From assembly GCA_951406725.2 (NCBI GenBank), contig OX597816.1, positions 127,844,001 through 127,908,000 on the forward strand: a stretch of 64,000 bases of DNA, in the 5' to 3' direction. The stretch's first letter is position 1. Every line of letters begins with the position of its first letter. A program made the translations under genes and the position numbers. Of this stretch, positions 24,407 to 38,299 are shown one piece after another. The stretch is from Octopus vulgaris. Taxonomy: Eukaryota. The notes under the pieces are model-generated. The model was not told the DNA's origin. It made no database searches and saw only the letters and a list, made by a program, of their open reading frames with translations.

Positions 24407-25693
24407 TGTGAAGATCACACTGATTCACCAAAATATAATGTTAATCTGTATCATGGTATTGACTACTCTTATTTCAGACTGTTAATGCTAAATGGATGTG
24501 TGTATGTGTGTTTAAGTTTGTATTAACAAATAAACAAGACCTCTACATGATTGGTAGGCATGTTTTAAATAACAGCCAAATATTCTATAGGCTATTGAAA
24601 AGGTTGCAGGACACAACGAAAATTTTAGGAAAATTAAAATAAGAAATAAGTGGAAATTTTACCGGTGAGTGTGTTACATTATAAGGCACAAAAAGAAAAT
24701 GACTCTCCCCAGACACAACAGAATATGCTTCAACACACGAACTCATATAAAGAATCTTGCAAACCAAATCCAAAAATGAAGTCAGATATTCCTTAAATCA
24801 CAACCATCTGATATATGCAAAAGTAGGTATACAGTGATGAAAAATGAAAACACACACAATACTCATTTATTTTTTATCAAATAAATTAAAAGTTATGATA
24901 AAAGTATTATTATAGTTATGATAAATGTATTATTATGACTAATGACACTGAAAATATCAAAAATGAGGCTAACTAAATTAATGTGCTAATAATTTTAATG
25001 AATCAAGTATTATAACATTAGTTTGATACTTGCTGTATACCTACTTTTGCACACACCCCACTATATGTGTGAACCAATGAGTAACCAAATCTTTCATAAA
25101 TCACTTCTTTACCAAGAAGCAGGCCACATGAGACATGTCTCATTATCAGTCAGGCTGTACTATTAAAAAAAAAACTTCTATGTAATTTTTTGTTAAATGA
25201 GCCATTCAGAAAGCCCTGCAGGCTGCATTTTTCTCATGACTGCTCTAGACTGAATTGGGTTTATAAAAAATAGTTAATTTGGTTTCCTAACTCTTCTGAT
25301 ATCATCCCACCTGAGTTTACAATACAAAACATGTCTACTGAAAAATTTAAGCTCATCTGAAATTTTTGTAAGAATCTTTGGGTAAATTTCCCTCTATACA
25401 CCAGATTGATAACGTAGTTATTTTACTAAGTCCTTGCTAATTCTTGTGTAAGGCATAACTGAGCATTTTGTCAGAAATGTGGTCAAGAGCATATAGTATT
25501 GAAATAGACAATGTAATTCTGTTCATGTAAGAATAACCATGAACTCACCATATTATATAGATATATATATATATATATATACGTATGCATATATATATAT
25601 GCACATATCTATACATATGCATATATATATATATATGCACATATATATATATATGCACATATCTATACATATGCATATATATATACACATATG

Positions 25694-25735
<42 letters not shown>

Positions 25736-25740
25736 CATAT

Positions 25741-25965
25741 AAATAGAGTTAACCACAGGTGTTATTCAAATCTTTATACTTCCAACATATGTTTCGAAGA
25801 AAACATTGGTATTATTCCAGAATAAAATGATGTAAAACAATGCAATCTTGTCATCAGGGCAAAAAAAAGAGAAATGCTTCAATAAGACACTTTAACCAAA
25901 TCTGATTACTTCGAAACATATGTTGGAAGTAATATGTTGAATAACACCTGCATTTAACTCCATTT
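25741..25965 (-). ncRNA. Hammerhead ribozyme inside a tail-out inverted repeat (Penelope pLTR remnant)
   Basis: Minus strand: gcc-CTGATGA(25857-25851)-caagattgcattg...caatgttttcttc-GAAAC-atat-GTT-ggaag; 25741-25799 is an inverted repeat of ~25909-25965. Confidence 0.7.
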
Positions 25966-26250
25966 ATTTATTTATATATGCTATCTAAAAACATTTCACT
26001 AAACCCTAGAATTTCTACCTTTATAAGTAGATGTTACTTCCTTGGTACTTATTTGAATTTTTGCTACCCTGGTAACTGTTGTTTCCATGTTATTTGTACC
26101 CATTAAAAAATACATGTATATATATATATGTATATACACGCACACACACATACGCACATATATATATATATATATACACACATAATATATATACATATAT
26201 GTATACATGTATATATATATGTACATGTATATATATACTTACATATGTGT

Positions 26251-26292
<42 letters not shown>

Positions 26293-26294
26293 GG

Positions 26295-26518
26295 TCGATG
26301 CCAGTGCCACCGTGACTGGTTTCCATGCCAGTGGTACGTAATGTGAGCACCCACTACACTCTTGGAGTGGTTGGCATTAGGAAGGGCATCAAGCTGTAGA
26401 AACACTGCCAGATCAGATTGGGGCCTGGTGCAGTCTCCTGGCTTCCCAGACCCCAGTTGAACTGTCCAACTCATGCCAGCTTGGAAAACAGACGTAAAAC
26501 AATGATGATGATGATGAT
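26295..26518 (+). mobile_element. RTE LINE 3' UTR fragment
   Basis: Same sequence family as 5402-5790, ending in (ATG)n. Confidence 0.8.
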
Positions 26519-26519
26519 A

Positions 26520-26780
26520 TATATGGCTTCCTCAAGCCAGGGTCTATACTTAACTCCAGAACAGAAATTTTCGGGCCATGTCTGCATTTTAGTAGATTTC
26601 TGCTGGCCGTTTGGGAACCACCAGAAGATGACAGCCATTAGCAAAGGGAGATAATTCAGACTTTTCTCCTCCATATTTCAAAGAGGTCATAGGCTAATAG
26701 GTCTTGGGCTCTGAAGAAACACTATAAAGTTAAGCCCTCGATGGATGGGAAACCCAGGGTAACCCCCATTAACTAGCCTT
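26520..26780 (+). mobile_element. Penelope-like element 3' end: C-terminus of the GIY-YIG ORF followed by a hammerhead
   Basis: Translates PGSILNSRTEIFGPCLHFSRFLL...*, resembling the LNxRSE...CRH..KFLL terminus of Penelope ORFs; gggct-CTGAAGA(26711)...GAAAC(26749)-ccagg-GTA-accc. Confidence 0.65.
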
Positions 26781-27031
26781 CATATATATGATGATTAGAT
26801 TTTATATGCTTCAGAATAGTAAAATAGCTCTTATTCGAAAATGTTAAATGAGAAAGGTTTAGTTAGATTGCAAAACATAGAAATCTGCTTGCATGAATCA
26901 TTCTGGAATTGATGAGTAATTTATTATTGTTACTAATACAACTTATTAATACTTAAAAGAAGGTTTTAATTTTGATTTTTTTCAAAAATATAATGCATCT
27001 TATTTTTTCAAATGATTTATTCTTTCTTTGT

Positions 27032-27071
<40 letters not shown>

Positions 27072-27989
27072 TGTATACATATGTCTGTATATGCACATGT
27101 GTGTGCTTGTGTATGCATGTGTATATATACATACACTTAGTAGAATCCACTGAGAAATTAAGAGCTTGTTTTGCCTTCACCTCTGCTCTTTTGGCAATTG
27201 AAGAAACAACTATTGTTGTTTCTTCACTACCCTGCCAAATATAACTATCTGAAATATGGAAATTGTCCAAAATATTTTATAGTGCTACATAGTTATTTAT
27301 TGAATTGCCTGTTACATGTAGACTGTATTATTTCTTGAACAAAAAAAGTTAAATATATAGAATCATTTCCCCTTTAAAATATTTATTCTTTATACTTTCA
27401 TTCTAAAAAAAATGGTTATTAGATTATATATTTACATGATGTCTCCATCATTTGTCTAGCTCTTTTAGTAAAGTAACTAAAGAAGAGGAGAAAAGAAGGG
27501 TAAGGGCATTTATGTTAGATATAGGCAAACAAAAAAATATCAGCAGACTTCATTGAAATATGAACATCTGCTCTAAGAAGATGGCCAAGGAAACAAATAT
27601 TTTTTATTGGTCTATATGATATGCATTTGATTATCTACAAGCATTTTTAGGTTCATGTGTGATGTACTAATAATCACATTTTCCTCAAGATTGAAATGAA
27701 TTATAATTTTTCAGTAACCAGAAATATTTTTTATTTTCATACCAAAAGGTATGGTATTAGGAACAGATGTTTTTAAATTCAAATATTGTTGTTTGCTCCA
27801 AGACAGGTTTCACTGTTCTGATTACCAAACTCCCCTATTTCACAGTCCTTTGGTTTAAGATAGTCAAACTATTAGAGTATTCCTTAAATTCATATATTTT
27901 AATTCGCTAAAGTTCCTCTGTTAAAAAAAAATATTTTAATAACTAAAGATTAATGATGTAGCCATCTCCTTATTGAAAAATATTAGCAT

Positions 27990-28205
27990 TAAGGTGGCAA
28001 ACTGGCAGAATTAGAATGTCAGGCAAAATGTTTAGTGGTATTTTCATCCATCTTTATGTTCCGAGTTCAAATTCTACCAAGGGTGACTTTGCCTGTCATC
28101 CTTTTGGGATTAGTTAAAAAAGTACCAGTTGAACACTGATTTCAATGTATTCAACTTGCTCCTCCCCTAAAAATTGCTGGCCGTGTCCCAAAATTTGAAA
28201 CTATT
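27990..28205 (+). mobile_element. Meta-domain-like tRNA SINE
   Basis: ggtggcaaactggcagaat...gagttcaaattc...gactttgcc...aagtaccagttg; related copies at ~34060-34250 and 46975-47180 (+), 63515-63720 (-). Confidence 0.75.
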
Positions 28206-28213
28206 ATTATTGA

Positions 28214-28246
<33 letters not shown>

Positions 28247-28679
28247 AAGAATAACACATACAACAAAGTGCTAAAAAACTGGCATCACAAGTTAATTAGA
28301 ACAAGAGAACTATTTGTAATTGTTCAAATAAATACATATGAATTACACAAGCCTATTCCTTGTATAATAACTTATACTGTAATTAAGATAAACTCACACA
28401 CACACATCCATACAGACACATCCACATTGTGTATGACCTGGTGTTAGTAATCAAAACACATACCATACAATATTAGGATTCATCAGTATATGATATAAAT
28501 GAAGTGGTAATTTCAATTACAACACAAGTTTTCCAGTAGTCAACAAAAAAATTAAAATTGAATGTGCAGTATTTCTTTTAAGATGATGATACCAATTATT
28601 TTCCAAATATTAATCTGTATTTTGATAGAAGGCTAATAACTGTTTCTAACTTAGGAACAAAGCCAGCAGTTTCGTGGGT

Positions 28680-29075
28680 GGCCATGCTAGAGCACCATTC
28701 TAAAAGGTTTTAGTTGAAAAAATCAACCCCAGGACTTATTCTTTGTAAGACTAGTACTTATTCTATTGGTTTATTTTGCTGAACTGCGAAGTAACGAGGA
28801 CATAAACACACCAGCATTGGTTGTCAAGCAATGGTGGGAGAACTAGCACAGATATGCAGAAAGATACACACATGAATATATATATATACTTATGTGTGTG
28901 AATGTGTTTATATGACGGGCTTCTTTGAGTTTCTGTCTACCAAATACACTCACAAGACTTTGGTCAGCCTGAGGCTATAGTAGAAAACATTTGTTCATGT
29001 TGCCATGCAATAGGACAGAACCTTGTACCATGCAGCTGGGAAGCTAGCTTCTTACCACACAGCCATGCCTGTGCC
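28680..29075 (-). mobile_element. CORE-like tRNA SINE
   Basis: Colinear with 4119-4502. Confidence 0.8.
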
Positions 29076-29169
29076 TATTCTTTCTTATTTTAAAAAAATT
29101 TTGTAGATTATGATTCAGGAGAGATAGAATTGCTATTTCTTAAAGGCCAAGCTACCATATATAACAGCT

Positions 29170-29799
29170 TCCATAAATTTCATTTTATTTCTTTATATCT
29201 CTGTCTTTCTATGTACCTCCTTTAAGTGGGGAAAATAAATTTTTTGTAATCTTCTGAAGAGATGGTAATCTGTAGGTGCAAAGTCTGGAGAATGTGATGA
29301 GTGATGTATAATTTCCTTTCTGGAGGATCTTTTGTCTTTTGTACAGTGTAAGGTCTAGCATTATCATGTCAAAGGATGACTCCTTTCTATTTGTTGATGA
29401 TGGACGTTTTTGTTTTAAAGCTCCTTTCAAATGTGTTAGCTCTTGACAGTGTACATCAGCTGTTGTTGTTTGATTATTGTCTAGAAGCTCTTGATGAATT
29501 ATTCCCCACATATCCCATCATATACTCAAAAGTATCATCCTTGGATGCAGGCCATTTCTGGGCCTTTTTGAAATTCATAAGGAATAAAGTGACAACTTTG
29601 TTCTTTGCTTGAAGTGAAGATGGGATCAATACAACAACTTTAATTATGATAAAAATTAACAAACTCTGAAAGAGAATGCAAGAGAATCATATATTAATGA
29701 TATTCTCATATTTCAAATAGATTTGAGAAGTTAAACACCTTTAAATCTAACTAGATATTTATTTAAAACAAATGGACAGAACTTTTGTTACAACCCAAT
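29170..29799 (-). mobile_element. Internally deleted mariner (Mos1-like) transposon remnant
   Basis: WGIIHQELLDNNQTTTADVHCQELTHLKGALKQKRPS matches the mariner catalytic-domain region; TIR-like ttgggttgtaacaaaagttctgtcc at the right end. Confidence 0.8.
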
Positions 29800-30131
29800 G
29801 CATATATACATATATATTTTATATTTATATAATATAATATTATGTGTGTATATATGTATATATATATGTGTATGTATGTGTGTGTGTGTATATATATATA
29901 TAGTTTAAAGATCCAATAGACATAGAATCAACCAAAAAGTACTCCATTTAGTGAGAAATAAATAGCAATTTAAATACACAACCAAAAGAACTATTAATAG
30001 TTTTATGCTTTTATGATACTTAAACAGGCATATTTATGAAATATGTCATGAATCCCCAAACAAACTTTTGGGGCTTTGTTTATGTATTATATAATGCATA
30101 AACAGAACATGAAAGATTGCTCTAAGATATA

Positions 30132-30190
<59 letters not shown>

Positions 30191-31014
30191 TATATTATAT
30201 TAAATTAGAGACAAAACCACTATTATGCAAATCAAACAAAGAAAGACTTAAGCCAATACATAAAATAATTTATATAAATTTATATAAATTTATTGGATAA
30301 TAATATATATATATATATATATCATGCACTCACACATGCATACATATTGTAAAAAAATGCAATTCAAGAGAAGAATGTAATACATTTCTTTTTCTATATT
30401 TATTTATTTCTTGCTAATAACTACTCACTAATTAACATTAATATGCATAAAATATGCAACTGTACATTAGTCACATGCCTGCATACACACATACATTTAT
30501 GAGATCAAACATTATAATGTGGTCAAAGTTCAGTTGTCGTACTGATCGTGATATATCAGCATATGTCTATGTATCTCCAATTTTGTATAAATCCAGATTA
30601 ATTTTCATTGATAGCATATAAGAAAGTGATATTTTCCCCCTTATGCAATGGCTTTTTTCAACACATCCAATGTGTGCTCTGCTCATATTACACATCCATA
30701 ATTAAGTAACTACCTCTTGCATAAAAGGCAATAATGTTCTGTAATAATTTTGACATTATACAACTTATCTCAGTTAAAGCATAAGTGACTTAATTAGTTT
30801 TAATGTCAGCAGTACATAATAGGGGAAGAAACTTCAAGAGCTGTTAACTTTGTATGCAATAAAGCATTACTTATATGAATGCCAAATAGGATGGAGAGGT
30901 AGGGCAAGAAGTTTGATACTGTATTTTGCAGAGTCATGGATAAAAACAGCAATATAATGCAAAATGACAAAAAAAAAAAAAAGTAAATTCCAGTTTTGTA
31001 TATTCAGGAAAAAA

Positions 31015-31355
31015 AACCCGAACCACATGCTTCCAGGTTCAGTCCTACTTTGCACCTTGGGTAAGTGTTCTTTGCTATGGCCTTGGGGCAAGCAAAGTCT
31101 TGCAAGTGGATTTGGTAAACAGAAACTTAAAGAAGCTGTTGTGTGTATGTGTTTGTCTCCATCCCCCCAATCCCAATCATTTGACAACCAGTGTTGGTTT
31201 GTTTACATCCCCATAGCTTAGAAGTTCAGCAAAAAGTGAACTGATAAAATAAGTACCAAACTTAAAAAAAAGTATTGTGGTCAGTTTGTTTTACTAAGTC
31301 CTTCATGCCAGTGCTCCAGCATGTCCACAGCCCAATGAATGAAACAAGTAAAAGG
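31015..31355 (+). mobile_element. CORE-like tRNA SINE
   Basis: aaccacatgcttccaggttcagtcctact...ccttgggtaagtg; tail gaaacaagtaaaag. Confidence 0.8.
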
Positions 31356-32199
31356 TAAATCTCAACATCAAAAATCCAGTTCCTTTACTGTCAGCCATAG
31401 TGTCCTTTCTTTTTATTATTTTATACTAAATCTCTTTAGAGAAATTGCAGCATATGCAAGCTTTAGTAGATCCAAACATGGTATAGACCATCAGTAATCA
31501 CATATTTTAAATATTATACATAACCAGAGTAAACAGTTAATTATCTTTCTAAAAGATGTTACATGATGTCCATCAGCCTACTGACTAAGAATCGGGATTA
31601 TTTGTTCACTGCATTTTCACTTTGTCATTGTATTTCCTTCCATCTAATATAAATTCTTTTAGTGTCTAGAATATGCAGTAATACTCATACAATGAAAGTT
31701 GACGCTTTCTGTGGTTCTTAGAAAATGAAGTAATTAACAGAATCAATAGAGAAAAAGAATGGTGCTAAAGATAAGAACACAATGTTCAATTAGAATGCAG
31801 CCAACTCCTCATATTTATAATATCAAAACACAAGTCAAACTCGGTCAATGATTAGATAGGTTTCAAAACCATTTTTGCGAATTTTTGATGAATTAATGCA
31901 TAGCAGCTTATAGATTAACTTCCTACTGGTTATCTAATCTCAAACCAATTTTATCAACCAATTTATCAGGCTGTCAATTGGAACAAATCCTCAATTCTAA
32001 ACAATATATAATTTTAGAATTGCCTGAAGCTAACCAGCTATCTCAATTATATTTTATTGTCTGCACACATTCTCATCATGCTAATACAGATAAACTTCCC
32101 TGCACATGACTGCAAGTGACGTTGAGCAACGGGGTTTACTTTCATAATTATATATATATTTTCACTATACTGTCTATGCTAATGCACATAGCTGTTAAA

Positions 32200-32560
32200 T
32201 TTATATTATGTAGAAAATGCAAAAAGAAATCTATAGAAATTTCAGGTGTTCTCAGTGTAAACAATGGATGCACAAGAGATGTAGTGGGGGTCACAGGCAG
32301 CTAACAGATTAGATTTTTAAATGCAGCAGGTGCACTGGAGCAATAAGCACTAAGAAATAGATTTCCTTAAATGCATGAACAGCTCCCTAGAAGTAGTTAA
32401 TAGCTTTTGTTACCAAAGTGGCCTAATTAACTGTGTTGTGAAAGTGTACAGCCAGAGAAAAATCAGATTGGGAAAAGGAGATATTAACTTGCAGTGTGAG
32501 AGTTTCCTCTCCAGGGTGATTATGCGATGCTTGTGTACAAAGTACAATGCTGCATGGTAG
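32200..32560 (+). mobile_element. Old RTE LINE fragment
   Basis: SLEVVNSFCY resembles the LEVVDSFRY segment of the RTE at 5402-6443. Confidence 0.55.
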
Positions 32561-35124
32561 TCAGTTGTAGGCCTTGACCACAAAGCATTTACAATGACTA
32601 GAAAGACAAAAGTACCTTTAGTTTTTTCGCAAGGCAATTTATATCAACAAAAATAGTTCCTTAGGAATGGTATTCTTTCTAACCACAATAGAAAATAAAT
32701 CAGTGCTAAAACACAAATATATATCTTTCTCCCATTGTGCTCTTTCTCCTTTCACCCTCTCGGCCTGGTTCTTATTATCATTCACTTTTCTCTTTACCAT
32801 TTTGGTTACATTGCTTTGAATGAGCAGAAGTAAATAACTAGTACAGATGCTTTAGTAAAATGCACCCAGAACACTTTGTAAAGTGTTTAGGGAGTAACAC
32901 TGTACTATTATGAGGACCCTTAGTCATTTGGAGAAGATGATGATCTCTTTAGTGCTAATGTTACAATCAAATGCATGCAGTAAACTATATAAAACGGCTG
33001 ACCTGAGGAAGGGCAAATGTAGTTTATGCAAACAATTAAATTTATGAGTGAGATATTGTCCTCCAACTAATATAACTTAAACTAATGGAGCATAAGTTTG
33101 CTTTATTTGTTTTTAGTCTTCTTAAATCCACTGCAGTGAGGCTCATATCTCACTTACCTCTAATATCACATTTCAAACACAAACATCATACAATTTTATC
33201 TGCTTTACTACAAACTTATCCCAGCCTCTTCTTACTCTGATTACTTGGCTCTTGGTATACCTTTCTCCTTTATAGATCACAAAAACTATCAACTGCTTCT
33301 AAGGAACCCTAGTATTTAAAAGATTGAATAATGGACTTGTTATGCTGCTTAGCAAGCATCTTCACACTTGAAGACATATTGTATCTTTATAAGAATCAGA
33401 TCTAACTGAAAATGAGGTACTCCTGACAGATTTGGCTGGATTTCTCTAAACTTGATAATACAGAATTGAATATGTAGCCTAGTTGGTGAGGAGCTATTAC
33501 TTCTATTAATCTTCATTCTTTGGGTCTTTCTAGTCTGAAAATTTCCCATCAGAACATGATTTGCCAAATTTAGTGAATCACAACCAAGCTTCCTGGATTT
33601 TATTCTCAGACACACTCCAATCTTTTTTCTCTAGACCTGTTGAAATGTGAAATAAATTCTCTACTGATTGTTTTTCTGTGGAATATGAACTTCATCTTTT
33701 TAAGAGTTAGCATGTATCTCTTTTAGGGGATCTATTGATCAAAGTTTACTAAGACTGCTAGTTGCCCTGCATGAAGTCTCCCTTCTCCAAGACACCATTG
33801 TTTATTCAATGGAAAGCCACTAACTTGATATTCAGCTTGGTGCCAGTATTTCTATACGAATGAGAAATGACAATAGATGTCACAAGGCATCTTACCTGTC
33901 TAACACTTCTGTCATTCCACTACTTTTGGACTGCTTCCTGGCTTGACAAGTACTTTTCTTAATGTTTGATATTTCCTTCAGTATAGTACTTTCATCAGAT
34001 GTTTCTTGCATTACTAACTCCTTTTGTTTCATTTTATTCATTCCTTTATTATTATGCAAGCTGGCAGAATTAGCATGCTGGGCAAAATGCTTTGTGACAT
34101 TTCATCCATCTACAAGTTCTGAGTTCAAATTCTCCTGGGGGTTGACTTTGCCTTTCATCCTTTTGGGGTCAATAAAATAAGTGCCAGTTGAGTACTAGGG
34201 TCAATGTATCCTCTGTCAACTAATCCTCTGCCCTGAAATTGCTGGCCTTGTGAAGCCTTTATTATTCATCCTTCTGTAAATAGCTGGTACATTAGAAGCA
34301 AACTTTTGGCTAAATGTAGTTTGTTTACATATCTTTTTCAATAACCAGATTTTTTCAGTCAGCATCTTGAGTTCATATTCTTAAGTTATGAATTTTCCCT
34401 CAAAATATTGAAGAGTAGAATTTCTTTTCTTTTTGTTAATTTTTCCATGACATGTTGGTGTGCTGTGAACTTATTGTTTTCCTTCCACCTTATGGTATTT
34501 AAATGTTCAATTTTGCAGTGTAAATTGTTTATGCTTTCCATTAGCTTCCATTATCCACCTGGCTGGTTATTCCCACTCATTACCACATGGATTGTGTCTG
34601 TCATGGGGGACTGCCACAATGAGAACAGCTGTATATAAACAGTTATTGATAGCCAATGCTTCTTGTCACGTGGTTTTATATAGTTTCCACTGATATTGTT
34701 AATAACTTTTAGCATGAGAGTGAGTGATTCTTTTCATACTTTTGTGAAAAAAGACCTGTTATTTAATGACACCTTATAACATTTAGAAAAAGAAAAGTTT
34801 CCAAACATGGTTTAAAATGCTTTATATAAATATCTAAATATTCCACAATCATCTCTGTTTGGATCAGTTTTATATAGAGATCCTTTTATTTATAACAAGA
34901 AAAATGGCTTGGGCAGTTGGCATAATTATAGAAGAAAAAGCTCAAAAAGCTTAGGTGGTTCTCTATACCAGCATGTCTGTTGTACATATAAGATGGTATC
35001 ATCTTGTATGCTTATTTGTCTAGTTTTATCTTCCAAATTTCTCACCAATTCAGAATGAGTCGGATTTGGGCCTAAAAACTTGACCCATTTGATGGAATTT
35101 ATACACTATAATTGGGAATAGATA

Positions 35125-35187
35125 TGTTTGTATATATATATATATATGTGTGTGTGTATATATATGTGTGTATATATATGTATATGT

Positions 35188-35243
<56 letters not shown>

Positions 35244-35260
35244 ATATATATGTGTGTATA

Positions 35261-35297
<37 letters not shown>

Positions 35298-35476
35298 ATA
35301 TATATGTGTATATATATATATATATGTGTGTATATATATGTATATATATATATATGTGTGTGTATATATATGTATATATATATATGTGTGTGTGTATATA
35401 TATGTGTGTATATATATGTATATATATATATATATGTGTGTGTGTGTATATATATATGTGTATATATATATATATG
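35125..35476. repeat. Compound (TA)n/(TG)n microsatellite
   Basis: Direct reading; source of the I/Y/H/T-rich spurious ORFs. Confidence 0.95.
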
Positions 35477-35632
35477 TTTTGCAAGATTTTTGATGTGAAA
35501 TCATGTGTTGAAACAGATATTGTTGTATTTAGGATTAATGTAAAAAATAAATAACACTGAAGCAAAGTAACACCAAATATATAGTGCGTGTGTTTTTATT
35601 GACTAAACTGGCAAAAATGACCATTCCTAAAT

Positions 35633-35675
<43 letters not shown>

Positions 35676-35929
35676 CATGTTTTCTTTGAGATTTATTTAA
35701 GTTCTTCATGAAATTCAAACTGGTCACTAACAAAGTGACAAGACTCTTTGAGATAAGACAGTTCTTGGGTTTGTAAATATGTGGTTAAATTAGTGTGTGC
35801 CTGTATGTATGCGTATGCAGCTGCATTTATGTTCTATGTTTTACTAATTAAGTGTTTTGTGTGTGTGCTTGTTTACCTTTGCATTTTTGTAGATGCTCAC
35901 ATACAGATGCATACATGTATTCATTTAAA

Positions 35930-36270
35930 GAATTTCAAATGAAGAATCTTTTGAATATCTTACAAATGTTTACTGTGCTGCTTATAGATTGAATTTGAAG
36001 GATGCTTGTCAGCTTCCTTGCTACATTTGTAAGTTTTTAAGCAATTCTTTAGTTCACCATAAATGTTCTCTTTTTCTTGAACTTTGGTTGGGAAGTTTGC
36101 ATTTGCTGGACAGCACTCACCTCTATAACAGTGCATGACTTTTGTTCCCTGCCTCTTAGAACAATATCAGCTCTGTCGTATTTGAACCAGATTGTTGTTT
36201 CTTCTGTTGGAATACTTCAATATTGTTCTTTGTTTTTAAAGGGGTAAATATATTCTGGTTCTGACATGTA
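35930..36270 (-). mobile_element. 3' end of an R4/Dong-like (restriction-like endonuclease) non-LTR retrotransposon
   Basis: Minus-strand peptides KYDRADIVLRGREQKSCTVIEVS, CPANAN..KVQEKENIYGEL and LQIQSISSTVNICK fit the PD..E(V/I)xCP...EK..Y pattern. Confidence 0.65.
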
Positions 36271-36374
36271 TGTATGCATATAAGCAAACCTACATAAATG
36301 TATGCATGAGCACATATATGGTAGTGTGTGTATGTTTGGTAATGCAAATAGGAAAAATAGAACTGAAAACATGA

Positions 36375-36416
<42 letters not shown>

Positions 36417-37364
36417 TTTAATCACTAGTTGTCACAAAGGTGATATTCAAAGGCTGGGAATTTCATGTATGGCACTTATGAAACTGGTTTCAAATTTGGG
36501 GGATTTCACTATAAAGACCATGGTAAATGATATATATAATTATCCCTAGGTTGTTCCAGAAAAAAATTACATCACATGAATAATACATGTTCTAAATAGT
36601 CTGCTTGGCAAGCAGTAAAGTAACTAAATAAATAAATAAAATAAAAAGAAACAAGAGAAGGTAATAGAAATAAACAAAAGGCAAATGCATGCTCTTATTT
36701 ACACACATAAATAAATGCATCAGTACATTACATGTGTGTGTGTTATATATACATAATGTGCACATGCAAATATATATGTATACACACATATACACATACA
36801 CTAATGCACACACACACACATACACAATACATATATATATATATACATATACATGTTAATATGTATATACATGTATACTTATATGCATATACATATCCAT
36901 ACACATACTTATATCACTCTTGGTATTATATGAACACATAAAATTAGGATTATATATGTCTACTTCAGATATATTGCAACTAATTACATTAATGTGAATG
37001 TACATTAATATATAGATATGCCTGTATACATACACACATGTGGTAAATATTATTTTGCACATACGCACAAGCAAAAACATATACATATGTGTGATACTGT
37101 TATTTTACACATGCACACACACACACACTCTTATATGCATGTGAGTGCCAATGAATATTATATACACAAATATATATGTCTAAATACATATATACACAGG
37201 CATGGCTATGTGGTAAGAAGTATGCTTCCTAATTATATGGTTCTGATTTCAATCCAACTGCATGGCATCTGACCAATGCCTTGTGAGTGGATTTGGTAGA
37301 GAGAAGCTGAAAGAAGCCCATTTTACACACATACACTTATGGTAGTAGTTGTAGTACACATGGA

Positions 37365-37695
37365 ATCTCCATGGATATTCAGAAAGGTTGTCACAAAGTC
37401 AAAGGTCTTCATTAGTTAATGAAACAGTGTGAAATGGTTGTCATTGCTTTCTGCATTTTCCTTAGTATTGTTGGAAGAGGCAAGGATCAATGTCAGTTGT
37501 GGAGTATTCTGACCTGAAACTGCACTGATGAGAGTTCGCAATCAATAGTATTAGTTTGACACATAAGCGAGTAGGAAGAATGAATTGCTCTAATGCTGTG
37601 AATGTAGTCCTTCTTGAGATAGTGGAAATAGGAGAAAATAGACAAATAAAGGAGGGGGAGTTAAAAATTGCAATCACATTGGAAACAGCCATATG
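37365..37695 (-). mobile_element. RTE/BovB-like RT fragment
   Basis: HQCSFRSEYSTTD...GKCRKQ resembles the QCGFR..RSTTD...EKCREQ RT motif. Confidence 0.55.
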
Positions 37696-38299
37696 GAGTT
37701 TGTCTACAAGCTAACCAGTGACTGACCAGAAGTTGGATGGTGTTTACTTTCTTTCTTTTTCTTTTTCTTTTTTTTTTTTTTGACAGAGGCCTGTGTCTGT
37801 ATATGTGCTGGTCTGGGTGCATGTATTATGCGTGAGATTTTGAGATGTTGTGCCAGAGTCTTTGTGATTCTTTGTGTGTCATGTTTATTATATTTATGTC
37901 TTGATGTGTGTGTGCCTGTGTGGCTATGCATGTGTGTGTGTGTGCGTGCCTGTGTGTGTGTGGTGTGTATCTTATATGTACATGTCTATGCATGTATGTA
38001 TGTCGACAGACATTTCATGTATAGTATTGTGAATGCTGTTGATATGTATAAGTGTTCAAGTACTGGTTGCCGGTTGGTTAATGAACTTCGGTAGCTAGGT
38101 AATAGGCTGTATGTGTTGGTATATCTGTGTATGTGTGTGTGTGAGTGATATGGAAGAGTAACTATTCTGTGTTCATGCATGATCACCCTGTGTTGTGTGT
38201 TTGTGTGTGAGACTGCATGTGTGTTTGTATATGTTATATGTACTGTTCTGTGTGTGTGTGTGTGTAAATTCAGAAATTGTTGTATTGTAATGTGTATGA

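Noticed and set aside
33200-34000. Possible L1/Tx1 LINE remnant
   Set aside because: Only faint motif similarity (LVNFDQ); not supportable without a profile search.
36121-36203. Minus-strand exon with a consensus GAG|gtgagt donor
   Set aside because: The peptide continues across the apparent donor as the REL endonuclease motif (TVIEVS.CP) of an R4/Dong-like retroelement.
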